Assembly: GCA_028534125.1 (NCBI GenBank)
Contig: CM052832.1
Span: forward strand, 24,244,001-24,308,000
Length of the DNA stretch: 64,000 bases
From: Lama glama
Taxonomy: Eukaryota
Direction of reading: 5' to 3'
Positions 39,296 to 51,285 of this stretch are shown here, piece after piece. Both the position numbers and the translations under genes were made by a program. Position 1 is the stretch's first letter, and each line of letters begins with the position of its first letter. Below the pieces are notes generated by a model that worked only from the letters and a program-made list of their open reading frames with translations, made no database searches and had not been told where the DNA came from.

Positions 39296-39624
39296 AAAAT
39301 TATGATTACTGGAAGTTATAGCTGTGCCATTTTCTGTTTTTCACAAAACTTGCTGTCAGATTCGTGCATGCTCTTCAATTGTGATTTTGATTTTTTTTTT
39401 TTTTTGCTTTTCACAAATCTGAGCCTGAATGTAAAATCCAGCTCATTCTGACTCAGCCTTACTAGTTATACCAGGTATAACTAAGTCAAAAATCAAGTCA
39501 ATAGAATATATACCATAGTGTGGAAAAGATGCATTGATTTTGGATTAGCTTATGAGGTAACTGTTGTATGTGGAGCTTAAGGCTTTGCACATAGTAGGTC
39601 CTGAAAAATATGACTGATTTGTTA

Positions 39625-40480
39625 ATTCATTTAATGGTTGATGAATCTTAGTGGGTGCCTATCATGTGCCAAAGACAGTTCTGGGTGTTTGGGGTTTATC
39701 AGTGAATAAGACAGGAAAAATCTCTGCTCTCCTGATGATAAACGAACAGAAAGGAGGTGACTCAGAATGTTCTAAGGTAATACATTTATGGAACGGTCGG
39801 GGGATCAGGGAAGTCAGGGTATATAATTTTAAGTAGGCTGCTCACAGCAGGCTTCGCTGGGAGGTTGTTGTTGTTTTTTTGTTTCTGCTTTGTTTTTTAA
39901 GGAAAAAAAGGCTAAAGAAGGTGACTGAGTGAGCCATGTGGATATTCAGGAGAAAGCATTCCAAACAGAGGGACCAGCAAGTAGAAAGGCCCTGAGGCAA
40001 GGGAGCACCTGGCTTGTTTCAGGAACAGCAAAGAGGACAGAGAGGCTGGAGCTGTGGGAGTGAGGAGGAGGAGGGAGACAGGACATGGCATCTGAAAGGC
40101 GGAGCGCATCCTGATTGAGTGGGGCCTCGTAAGCCACAGGAGGATTTTGACATTGCCTCCAAGTGGGAAAGAGACTAGAGATGCTTCTGAGCAGGGTTGT
40201 GGGTGTCACCTGATGCAGATGCTCTACTAAGCGGGAGCTGAATACTGGAAGCAGAGAGATGATTTAGGGGCTCCTGCAATAATCCTGACGAAGGATGGTG
40301 GGTGGTAGTGGTGGTTTAGCTCCAGAGGGAGCAGCCCCAGTGGTGAGCAATGGTCAGATTCAGCATATATTTTGAAGGCAGAACCAATTGAATTTGGGGG
40401 GCAGATGGGATGCCGGTGTGAAAGAAAGAGAGGAGTCAAGGTGCTTTTTGGCCTGAACATCTTGAAGGATGGAGCCGCCA
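39625..40480 (-). mobile_element. L2 (L2a-like) LINE fragment
   Basis: GGTGCCTATCATGTGCCA...GAGCCATGTGGATAT...GCATTCCAAACAGAGGGACCAGCAAGT...AGATTCAGCATATATTTTGAAGG...GAGGAGTCAAGG. Confidence 0.87.
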
Positions 40481-41156
40481 TCTCCTGAGACGTGTGCACG
40501 AGAGCTGGATGAGACATCTCACGGGGACTCTGAGAGAACACATACCTCGGGATCCTGAGCTTGAGTGTACAGCCTCCTCCTAGCTCCTGGGGAAAACCTC
40601 GAACCAAACAAGCTTCCCACTTGTGCTTGGAAAGATGAGACTCAGAAAGGCTGAGGTTTTCACAAGCACTTTTGTAATACTCAAATGAACAGTTAAGAAA
40701 AAAGCAGCAGTTTTTTGGTTGTATTTCCTCCTCAGTGCCAAACAATGAATTTCGTTTTTTAGTCTTTTCCTCCTCCAACTCCACACCCTGAAATGCCACT
40801 TTGGAAAAGGGGAGCTGTTGGTGCATGCTGGCACCAGTAGAGGGAGCTGAAGAGGCCTCCGGAAGACCTTTGAGCAGAGGTCCAGCGCAGGCCCTCCCCC
40901 AGACCTCCGTCAACCTCCGTGCTTCCGGCCAGAAGCCAGATGTTTCTGGAAGGTTGGAGAGGTGGTTCTAGAACAATCTTAACCGCTGTTGTATTCCACT
41001 GGACCTTTTATTTATTGGTATTGTCATGAGTAAAAGAACATGCATCCAGAAAGGATTACCTATGTGTACATACAGAGGAAAGAGGGAGGGCCATACATGT
41101 AAATAGAAAGAAAGGAGAATGCGACATATCTGTCACCAGGGATCTCATAAAGAGGG

Positions 41157-42155
41157 TGTATGAGTGTCCTGGGCTGCTGTAACAAAGCACCACAAACTGG
41201 GTGGCTTAAAACAAGGGAAATGTATTCTCTCCCAGTTCTGGAGGCTAGTGGTCCAAAATGAAGGTGCCAGCAGGGCCTTGCTCCCCACGAGGCTCTAGGG
41301 AATAGTCCTTCCTTGCCTTTTCTGTTTTATTTATTTATTTTCTTTATCGAAGTATAGTTGATTTACAATGTTGTGTTAGTTTCTGGTGTACAGCGTAGTG
41401 AGTCAGTTATACCTATATACATATATTCTTTTTCATCATAGGTTATTACAAGATATTGAATGTAATTCCCTGTGCTGTACAGTAGGACCTTGTTTACCTA
41501 TTTTGTGTATAGTAGTTTGTATCTGCTAATCCCAAACTCCCAATATATCCCTCCCCCACCCCTTTCCCCTTTGGTAACCGTAAGTTTGTTTTCTATGCCT
41601 GTGAGTCTATTTAGTCTGTTTCTGTTTGGTAACCAAGTTCATTTGTATCACTGTTTAGATTCCACATATAAATGATATCATATGATATTTGTCTTTCTCT
41701 GTCTGACTTACTTCACTTGGTATGATCATCTCTAGGTCCATCCATGTTGCTGCAAATGGCATTATTTTATTCTTTTTTATGGCTGAGTAGTATTCCGGTG
41801 CATATGTATACCACATCTTCTTTATCCAGTCATTTGTTGATGGCCATTTAGGTTCTTCCTTGCCTCTTCTAGCTCCTGGTGGTTCTGACCATTCTTGGCT
41901 TTCCTTGGCTTATGGCAGCATAACTCCCATCTCTGCCTCTGTCTTCACATGGCCTTCTTCCCATTCCCCATGTCTCCTGAGTCTCCTCTTATGAGAACCT
42001 CAGGCATATTGGACTTAAGGTCTACCCTTATCCAGTAAGGCCTCATCTTAACTAATTATATCTGCAAAGACCCTATTTCCAAATAGTCATACTCACTTTA
42101 CTGGGGATTAAGACTTCAATGTATCTTTCAGGGGAAGACCATTCAACCCACAACA
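41157..42155 (-). mobile_element. Complete MLT1C-like solo LTR interrupted by L1
   Basis: TG...CA termini, perfect 5-bp TSD GAGGG (41152-41156 / 42156-42160), MLT1 motifs in both halves. Confidence 0.92.
41324..41854 (-). mobile_element. 5'-truncated cetartiodactyl-type L1 3' end
   Basis: T-rich tail then GAAGTATAGTTGATTTACAATGTTGTG...; 16-bp TSD CTTCCTTGCCT(T/C)TTCT at 41308-41323 and 41855-41870. Confidence 0.93.
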
Positions 42156-45121
42156 GAGGGTAACAGGAACTTACATGGAGGACTGACCAGTGCAGGGAGC
42201 TACATAAATGCAGCAATAAAAAGGGAAAACAGTTACATGGGAAATGGTATGTGGAGATCAAACGGGTTTGGGAGTAACAGGAAATATTAGATAAGAGACG
42301 CTCTCCCTTAGAATACTCTTTCCATCTGTGCTTACGGCCCTGGTATTTTTTTTTTTCTGTCAGAGTTTAAAAAAATATATTGTATAAATAAAAAGAATAA
42401 GAAAATAGCACTTCTCTGACTCACACATTGGGCAGAGCCACAAACTCTTGTGCTAATCAGGAAAGACTTCACAGAAGTGTTGGTGCTTGAGCTGATCTCC
42501 AAGGAGGAGGATTGAATCGCCACGCAAAGAGCTTCCCGTGTAGACAGAAAGTACCCGCGAAAGCGCCCTGTTATTTCAGGGATCCGCCCCTTCCCACCTT
42601 AAACAGGGTGAAAAGTCTCGAAAAGCAAGGCCCAGACCGTCTACTTAATCTGTATTACTCAGAAACAGTACTAAACAAATGAAAGGGGCAAAAATGTTTC
42701 TGGTTTTAATAAGTGCACAAGCAAGCACCCAGGACGCTGGGAGAACACGAGGAGCGTCTATACGGAGGAGTTCACTCTCGGACACATTTGCCAAAGCACA
42801 AATATGGAAAAACCTCCATCCTCAGCCAGATCTGGAGAAATCAAAAGGCTGATGTGGTATAAATTCCTCTGCCCTGATTGCATAAGGAGATCTGCCAACA
42901 TTTTTTTCTCCGATATATTCCTTTCTGCACAGAGAGCTGAACTGGGTTCTTAAAAACCTGATCGTGAACTGAGATAGGCAATTCTGAATCACCACCAGGA
43001 TCTAGGAAAATTAATTCCTCACTGATCTTCCCAGATAAGCACCCAAGCTTGCTGCCGCTGAGATCTGCATCGGGATCTGGTGAGGTTTCTGTCACAGAGC
43101 AGCTCCCCATTTTTGGCATAAGAATGTACAGGATGCCAGTAAAGTTCACACTGGGTCATCGAAGTCTCTTTAAATGCACGATGATTCATTGCTGGGGGTG
43201 GGGGAGAGAGGAGAGCGAGGGGGAAGGAAGTGCTGAGCAGAGAGGCGGAGCGAAGTCATTATGAAATTGACTGCAGAAGCAGCTCGCGCTGGAGTGATGG
43301 GGGTCACATGTTCTTACTATTGGTATTTCGGCTACAACTTTGAGACCAGAGGTAGGGGGAGGGTTCAGGACACCTCACCTTGTGTAACTCGATTGGCTTT
43401 CAGAGGAGGTGCATCTGATGCCTGGTATATTAGAATTACAATGGAGTGTTAATTTCTCTTTTGATCTGACAAAGAGGAAAAGCTCTCCCATGACAGGACG
43501 GTTAGCAGGATAAAAATCTGGCTGTAGTGGTGTGAGTGAACAATTTGTCTTCTACTTGATTTACTCGCATCCTAGCTGACAGGGTCTTCCATTCTGTGCA
43601 TTCATTTTGTACTTAAAAAGGGATTGTTTGTAATTTACAGTTTAGGTTGGAGTGCTATTATTCTGCTCTGTCAGAAAGCCTCTGTGGCAGGAGCTATCGT
43701 TTCATGTCTGTGCCACGGCACAAAGCAAATCCGGACCTTCAGTCATCAGTCTTGAGAGCTCCCCAAAGTCTCCCAGCACTTAAACTTTGCAGAGACCTGG
43801 CAGACAGGGATTCTCTAAACATCAAACTGTCTGACAACCCCCGCTGAAATCCTGACACGGACAGTTTCCTTTAGCTATTTATGTCAAAAAGCAAAGTTTT
43901 CCAATGCATTTTCTCTAACTCTTTCCCTATGGGGTAAACTTGGTAAATTCCTCATAAAATAATTGTCTTCAAATCTGACCCTCTTTTAGATTAGCTTTTT
44001 CTAACCGATACTGACTCAAGAAAAAAAAGTAACCCTTGAGAGAGCTTATAGCTATGTATTTTAATGTCGCAAAGTTAGAATAACAAAGAACTTCGCTTCT
44101 CTCCTTCCGAAACAATTTGATGTTTATTTGTTTTAGCCTGTGATTGCCCCCTGATCTTAGTTTGAAGGCACCCTAAGCTTTAACCAGTACAACCCCACGT
44201 CCGCCAGTATCTTAGTGTACACAATGGTGGCTTTGATTTTAATTTGGAAAATGTGTTTCTTTTGAGGAAACAAAATGCCAAGTTGTTAATGAAATGCTTT
44301 TAATAGATTTCCAAATGCTCCCAGCCAATACCAAGCAAAGTTCAACTCACTCATTCTAAGCCTTAAAATGTTCATTTTCTTTTCATGTAAGAAGAGCTAT
44401 GTTCTATAGATGATTAAGACCATAAATTCCGTTATTTCATACGTCATTGCATTACGTTCAGTCTTGGTCATAGTTACATTGATAAAAATATATCTAGGTT
44501 TTGCTTGCAAAATAAACCATATAATAGTGGTTAAAAACATCTCATTTCCTTTTGACGTGTCCTATTGTACTAAGTATATTAGAAAGTTTTTTTTTAGAAA
44601 AAGGTTTCCTTTCGGTGGCCTTGATTTATTTTCTAGTTAAGCAGCAATTGTATGCTTTTCATTATCCATGCCCAAAGCCATATGTCATTAAAAGGTATCA
44701 CCCCTAACCATTCAGCCATAAGCCACAAAACCAGCTATAATTCCAGAATGCTTGTGCTTTTAAAAATAGAGTGTAAGTTTTCCATCAGCCTCCCAGGGTA
44801 GCAAAGTACCTGAGGAACCCCAGCCACTCAAAGACTGAGTCTAACAGATTTTTAGTCTTAACAGATAATCCCAACAAATTTTTGTTTTGCTGGCACATAC
44901 CAGATCTACTAGTGAGATTATGCCTTTACCAATAGGTTACTCTCAGGGATCACTTTGACCAGGGATAAGGTCCATGTTACACACTGCAAAGGGTAAACTT
45001 CAGGAAGGTAGAAAAGTAACTGATCATCTACTACACTGCTGCAGAGAGCCCCGCCAGGATTCTAAGATCTCCAGCTGTGGGTTCTTAGAACTAATTCCTG
45101 CCCCTCCTGGGCCCCCTTATC

Positions 45122-45431
45122 CAGGGCTGTCCATTAGAAATATAATGGACACGTGCCATTTTAAATTTTATAGCAGCCACACTAAGAAGTACAAAGAAAC
45201 AGGTATGTTAATTTTAACAATGTATTTTATTTAACCTAATATATGCAGAATAGTTTCAACATTTAATCAATATAAAAATTACTGAGATATATATGTATAG
45301 ATATGTGCATATGTGTACGTATATGTGTGTGTGTATGTTCTTTAAAATCCCAAGTATACTTTACACTTAAAACACATCTCAAAAAAAAAAACCACATCTC
45401 AAGGGCTTAAAAGTCATACTGGACAGTGCAG
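45122..45431. mobile_element. MER33-like hAT-Charlie DNA transposon
   Basis: GCTGTCCATTAGAAATATAATG...TTTTAAATTTT.TAG.AGCCACA...TTTAACC.AATATAT...TGGACAGTGCAG. Confidence 0.82.
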
Positions 45432-47529
45432 ACCTCTAGTAAAGCACTTGTGTTTGTTTTTAATTGTAGACAGAATTCTATTTAAAATTGCCTAGTGTGT
45501 GTACTGTTAAGTCATAAACTGTTGGCAAATGTTTAAATACAATGATCTGAATTTAATTCTTGACTATTGGTGATGTCATTTTCATTACCCAGAAGCCTAT
45601 GCTGTTAGTTTGGTGGAGGGTCAAGAAAGATGATTCAAGGGCATGTCTTTTTAAGAGTCTCTGTGCCATGAAAAGAGCCCAGTGACTTCACTTTGGGTGT
45701 GGCCAGCTGACCTCAGAGTCCATTGTGTGACTGGTTTTCACTTTTGTTTTTAGTTTGTTTTACTTTTCTGGTTTCTCCAGCTCTATTTGGGAGTGTAATC
45801 TAAGGAAAGTATATTGCTTTTGGAAGCACACTGTGATTTGCTCAGATTTTTAAATGACACGTGTGGAATAGCACCCTTCTTATAATACCGTGGTTAAAGG
45901 TCTGTCAGTGTTTCCATTAAAAATTCAACTTTGGGGGATTTATTACAAAGCCATAACAAATGGCTCCAGGTCAAAATTTGTTAAATCTTTCTTTTGTGTA
46001 GGAGGAAATTCTTTTTAACAATTTTTTAAGCAGATATAAATAAATGTTAACCACTTAAATTTACTCGTGATTTTTTGGGGGTTGGGGAAGGCATTTAGAC
46101 AGATAAAATACATGATGTATCTGTACATTTTGTTTTACAAATTTGAAATATTAATATTAGCTTGTAAATAATTTTTGCTGAAGAGTTATACAATCACCCT
46201 CCCACCTCCCAAATTCTCAGTGATTCTAGTATTTGATTCTCATATTTGGAAGTCTGATTAGTACCATGATTCTGAGAGGTGCTGAATCTATCAACTAAGA
46301 ATCTTTAAGTTTCATCATGGGAAAAATGGACACTTTTCAAAAGATAAGATTTGTTTTGCTGTGAATTCCTTGTAAACATAATTGTCTTACTCATTTTTAT
46401 ATTCCCAGGGCCTAGTTTTTGTAGCTGCACAATGATAAACACATTTAAAAAGTAGCTTGAGAATGAAGACCATCTCTATTCCTCAGTCTCTTATTTAAAT
46501 ACTCACTTATTAAATATTCACTAATAATTTGGAAAAACCTTTACAACAGTAAAGAACGTGCTGCCAATCTTAAACATCTGTGATTTCCCTCATTTCTGAT
46601 CATCTTCATGGATTACTGTTACAACGGAGTGACCCAGTGCTATGAAGGCACAAGCCAGTTTGAAAACTTTTTTGAGGCTGAGCTTGAATGCCATGTCTTA
46701 ACCACCTCACAGGAGCATTTGAAGATGCAATATGGAAGGGCTGTATGAAAAGTTACATAGATATAATTGAAACCTAAATCCTCCCCACTGCAAACATGAA
46801 AGATAAACCCCCCGAATTCCTGTGAAAGTGAACTTGGTGAGAAATACATCTCCTTTCACCAACATATATGACTCCAAATGAAACAAACTTCTCTGATGTA
46901 GTGTTGGGTTACCTGACCCCAAAGTTTTTAGAGAAGCAGGGGTGACTCTTAGAGGTTGCCTCACTCTGCATTGTGCTGTCTTTATTTTGAACTGGAGAAA
47001 AGTGAGGGCATCTTTTTCCAAATATGACTGCTTAGGTCCACTTTCTTTTAAGAATTCAAGCCTGATTCGCTAACTAAGAATATGTATAGTCTATTTCATT
47101 TCCAATCAGTTCAGTCATCTAGTTTTTACAAGCTGGTAAGCTGTCTGTGTTTGCCTGTTTTTGTTTTGTACTCTGTATGAGGCTACTTCCAATGAAGACA
47201 TCTACTGCAACGAAAAATCCCTTCCGATGTGGAGGGCCTGCACACTTGCTTTATTAAGCACTCTTGTGCTCCCTCTGCTGCCGTGAAGAAAACCTTCATG
47301 TTCAAGACCCTGGTACGTTCCTTACCGAGTGTTCTCTTGGCAATGATGATGCAGATTTGTGCATAAATCAGGGCCCTTCTGGAATGCCGTACTGTTGGAC
47401 CAAAGCATAAAATGTAGTCATTTTTCATTAAAAAGTGCAAAAAGGGGAAGGGAATTAAAAAAGAATAAATAGAAGAATTAAGTTCTGCATCTGTGGCCAA
47501 ATTCATCTAGACAGAGCCCTGTAGTACAG

Positions 47530-47690
47530 ACAGTGTGCTTCACACGATAATGCGCTCAGGAATCACCGGGGGGCTGGTTAAAAGACACACTGTGATTCAA
47601 TAGGTCTGGGGTGGAACTCTCTCACACTGAATGTCTAGAAAGCTTCCAGATGCTGCTGGTGCTGCTCTGAAGACTGCTTTCAGAAGCAAG
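47530..47690. mobile_element. MER5A-like DNA transposon
   Basis: GAATCACCGGGGGGCTGGTTAAAA...TGATTCAATAGGTCTGGGGTGG...GATGCTGCTGGTGCTGCT. Confidence 0.72.
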
Positions 47691-50422
47691 ATGTGATATG
47701 TAAATATATTACATAAAAGATATTTGATAGGTCATTTTACACCTTCAAAAGTAGATATTACCAAAACAGTGAAATAGACACAAGAGATGAAAATGATTCT
47801 CTGTGGTGTTTAAGCAATGCAGAACGTAGACTGGCAGGAACGTTCCATAGGCCTCATTTCTCAGTTTCCTTTAATTTCAAGGTTTGACTTATACTTGTAC
47901 GAATATAGTATCAGATTTATGAACAGGACTATCGTACTACAGATTTGCTTACTGGCTTCTTGAAAGCCCCATTCTTCTTTCATTGAGTTTTTATTTGCAT
48001 GAGAAAGTATTGTTTTTTTACAGAATCAGCGCCAGTTATTTGTGATTGTACATTTAATATTTTGCCATCTGAAAAGAAAACATTTTGGTACTAAAGGTAA
48101 TGAAAACTGTATCGTGGGTATGATGTTTATGTTGGACCTTGCAGGAAGAAATAGTTACAGATTTTAATGGCAGTTTATGGCTTTAATCTTAATGGCTAAG
48201 TAAGTAAATGACACAGTTCTTATTAATTGTTCTTACTGTTTGGGTAATAAACATATTTAGTTTCCTTGAGGGAGCATTTAAATTAATTGACTAACTCTAA
48301 TCTGAATTATGCATTTTAATTTGTTTAAGGTTGTTAAAATAAATTAACTGCTTGTGTCAGTGTAATAATTTAAATATTAGCTCTTTTTAATTTTTTTTTT
48401 ACCCGAAATTCTCTAAATGTAAGATATCTAAAAATAGAGTGGAGGTGGATTGGACAGTCTGCAGATTAGGAGTTGGAATGAAAACATCTAAGTTAAGCCA
48501 AAAACATGGCAACCAATATTTTCTGTTATAAAAATATTTTAGATGAATTTATTTTTTTATGAAAGCTGTCTGAAACTGAAATGAAGAGCAGAAGTTCTCT
48601 GTTTATTCACAGGCCAGTAATAATAATACCTGCCTCACAAAGCATACGTCTTCTCTGTGCAGAGCCAACAGTTTCTGCTCCTTTCAGAAACCGGCTCTGC
48701 CAAGTCAGAGGAAGAGATATTACCCGGCTATGTTCTGAGATATTAACCTTCACCTTGATAATGCTTGTCAAGGAACACACCACCAGGCAGAGCCTTTTCA
48801 GGAAACTGATTTTAACTGTCCACTAGAGGCTGTAATGAGACCAACAATGTCACTTTAGACCAACCCGGGGTTTAAGCCGTAACCATCATTGATTTTTAAA
48901 TGAAAAAAAAAAAGTTGTAGAAACGAGTAAACAGTAGTAGTAGTTCTTTAAAACTAGCAATGTATATGTGCATGGTATTTCAAAATGTGAGAAAAAGTTA
49001 TTTCCGGGGCTCTACACCTTCCTAGTTATAGGATGCTTATTTTTATTTCTGCAGGACCTTGGCTGTACGATACAGTTGTTAAAAGAGCCGACACATTTCT
49101 CTTGGTAATTCTGTATTATGCTTCAGTTGGTGACTAACCATTAGGTCATAAGTAAATTTAAGCCAAAAGGTTTCTCACATACAGCTTACATTCAATAGCA
49201 GAGGCTTCCAGAGAGAAACTTATGTGGAGGGATCATGTTTCTAGACACTTAGTTCTAAGCACCTGAAAGAGGTCAAATGCTGCCCCAACACCTACCGGTC
49301 TTCCAGAATGGTCTGCAGCCCGGAGAACGCCGCACTGAGCTCCCTTTAGCATGGATGTGCCTTCTCTTCCTCCAGGTGCCACACCTGTTGGCCAGGTACC
49401 ACCCATTCAAAATTCCTTTCCTTCCAGCTAACGCCTGGCGGTGGTACCTGCGGAGGGGCTGGGTGGAGAGGCTTGGAGAACCGCACTTAAAAATTGAGTC
49501 CAGAGGAAGTTCTTCGGAGCGGATTCACCAGAACTGCCATTTGATGCTCGGTTTGCTTTCTCTATCTCCTACACTGGTTACCTCATTTCCGATTAAAATA
49601 ATGATCCCGAATTAGCGGCGAGAGGAGAGCGCGGGTCGTCTACCCAGGCTAGAGCTGGGTGGTTCCATATCCAGGTCCCAAGATTTCCGGACCTGCAGAA
49701 AGAGAAAGGAGGCCAGGGAGGTCAACCAGCTTTCACAGACAGGAAAGGTGAGGGTGCACGTGCAGATGGGGCGGGGGGAACCCTGAAAACTTTCTTGAGT
49801 TGCACGCAAAGATAATTCTCGCGGCTTGGTGGTCTGGGTTCCGGAACGCCGAGGCTAAACCGGTTTGAGGGTTAACGTGCGTGAAGATCGGAGTCAGCCC
49901 TCTTAGACGCTTCTCGGCGCGCCCGGGACGAAGGGCACGTCGGGATCAGAATTGGCCCACCTCCTCTCTCCCTTGGGGTATTTCGTGGGCTCCGACTTGC
50001 AGATCGACACCCCTTGGAGACCCTCCAGGGTGCCTGAGTCGCAACCGCTGTCGCTATGTCCCTCCAACTAGATGCAGGGACCCGGGGAGGCGCGCGAGGA
50101 CCGACCGGTCACCGCTAAAATTACCTCATCGCTTCAGCTCCCCGCCCCTTTCCCAAACCTGGAAGAACTGTCTCCTCCGGCCTGGGTCTCCCCTCCCGCC
50201 CCGCGCTCCCCGGATCCCGAGCGGGTGTGAGGAGAACGCGCCCGCTTCCCCGGAGGCCGTGGAGCCGGGGCAGCGCGCACCGAAGGGTTAAGGGCGCGGG
50301 CCGGCCGCCGTGCCGTGCGCTCGCGGTGCTCGGAGCGGCTCGCCCCGCCGCCCGCCGGAGGGTGCCCGCCCCCACCCCCCCGAAGTCGGATCCTTGAGCT
50401 GCGGCGGCGGCAGCCAACTGCT

Positions 50423-50432
50423 CCATATTTGG
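50423..50432. promoter_or_regulatory. CArG box (SRF consensus) overlapping a YY1-like CCATATT
   Basis: CCATATTTGG is an exact CC(A/T)6GG, ~120 bp upstream of exon 1; motif only, occupancy unknown. Confidence 0.55.
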
Positions 50433-50549
50433 CTTCTATTACACATTTACATACTGGAGCGAGCGAGCGAGCGCGAGAGAGCGCGAGGGAGGGCGGGCGG
50501 AGGGAGGAGGGAGGGGAGGGGAGCGGGGGGAGGAGGAGGAGGAGGAGGA

Positions 50550-50735
50550 GAGAGCAGAGTATACCGCAGACATCATTTCTACTACAGTGGCGGAGCCGTA
50601 CAGGACCTGTTTCACTGCAGGGGGATCCAAAACAAGCCCTGTGGAGCAGCAGCCAGAGCTACAGCAGCCGCAAGCCAGTTTCTCTCCCTCTGCCCCCCCT
50701 TCCCCACGCAACCCCAGATCCATTTACACTTTACA
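50550..50735 (+). other. ATXN1: ATXN1 exon 1 (non-coding, 5' UTR; exact TSS approximate)
   Basis: Begins GAGAGCAGAGTATACCGCAG and ends TTTACA|GTAAGT (consensus donor at 50736-50741); contains no ATG. Confidence 0.9.
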
Positions 50736-50890
50736 GTAAGTGGCTATTTTTTTTTCTCCTCTGATTCTTTCTCTCCCCCCTCCCCCCACCCCCTTCTCCC
50801 CTGATTTAGATTAAGGTCCCCCCTACCCCCGCCCCCGCTTTCCGAGAGAGGCAAAAGCAACAACCAGCAAACAAACCCCAAACCCCAATC

Positions 50891-50990
50891 NNNNNNNNNN
50901 NNNNNNNNNNNNNNNNNNNNNNNNNNNNNNNNNNNNNNNNNNNNNNNNNNNNNNNNNNNNNNNNNNNNNNNNNNNNNNNNNNNNNNNNNN
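50891..50990. other. Assembly gap (100 N) within the CpG island / intron 1
   Basis: Run of N. Confidence 1.
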
Positions 50991-51240
50991 GGCTGGGCTT
51001 CCCCGCGGGGGTCCTCAGGGTCTCGGAGCCCCGGGGCGCGGGTCTCCTGGCGGAGGCCGGCCTGGATGGGCGAGCGGCTGCGGACCGGGAGGAATCTGCG
51101 CCGGCGCCCGGGCCGGGACTTTGCGCGCGCGGCCGGGCGTCAGGCGGTGGGAGCGTCGGGGGCGCCGAGGGGTGGGCGCTGGGGGGAGCCGGCGTGCGGG
51201 GCCAGGAGCGCGGCCGGAGTGGCGGTGGCGGCCCTAACTG

Positions 51241-51285
51241 CTGCCGCCGCCGAGGCCGCCGCCGCCGCCGCCACCACCGCCGCCC
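51241..51285. repeat. Interrupted (GCC)n trinucleotide tract in intron 1
   Basis: CTGCCGCCGCCGAGGCCGCCGCCGCCGCCGCCACCACCGCCGCC. Confidence 0.85.

Noticed and set aside
49320..49610. Possible old LTR just upstream of the CpG island
   Set aside because: Vague LTR-like character only; termini and family could not be identified.
50646..50672. CAG runs in exon 1 as the SCA1 repeat
   Set aside because: Only 2-unit CAG runs in the 5' UTR; the polyQ tract is in a coding exon outside this window.
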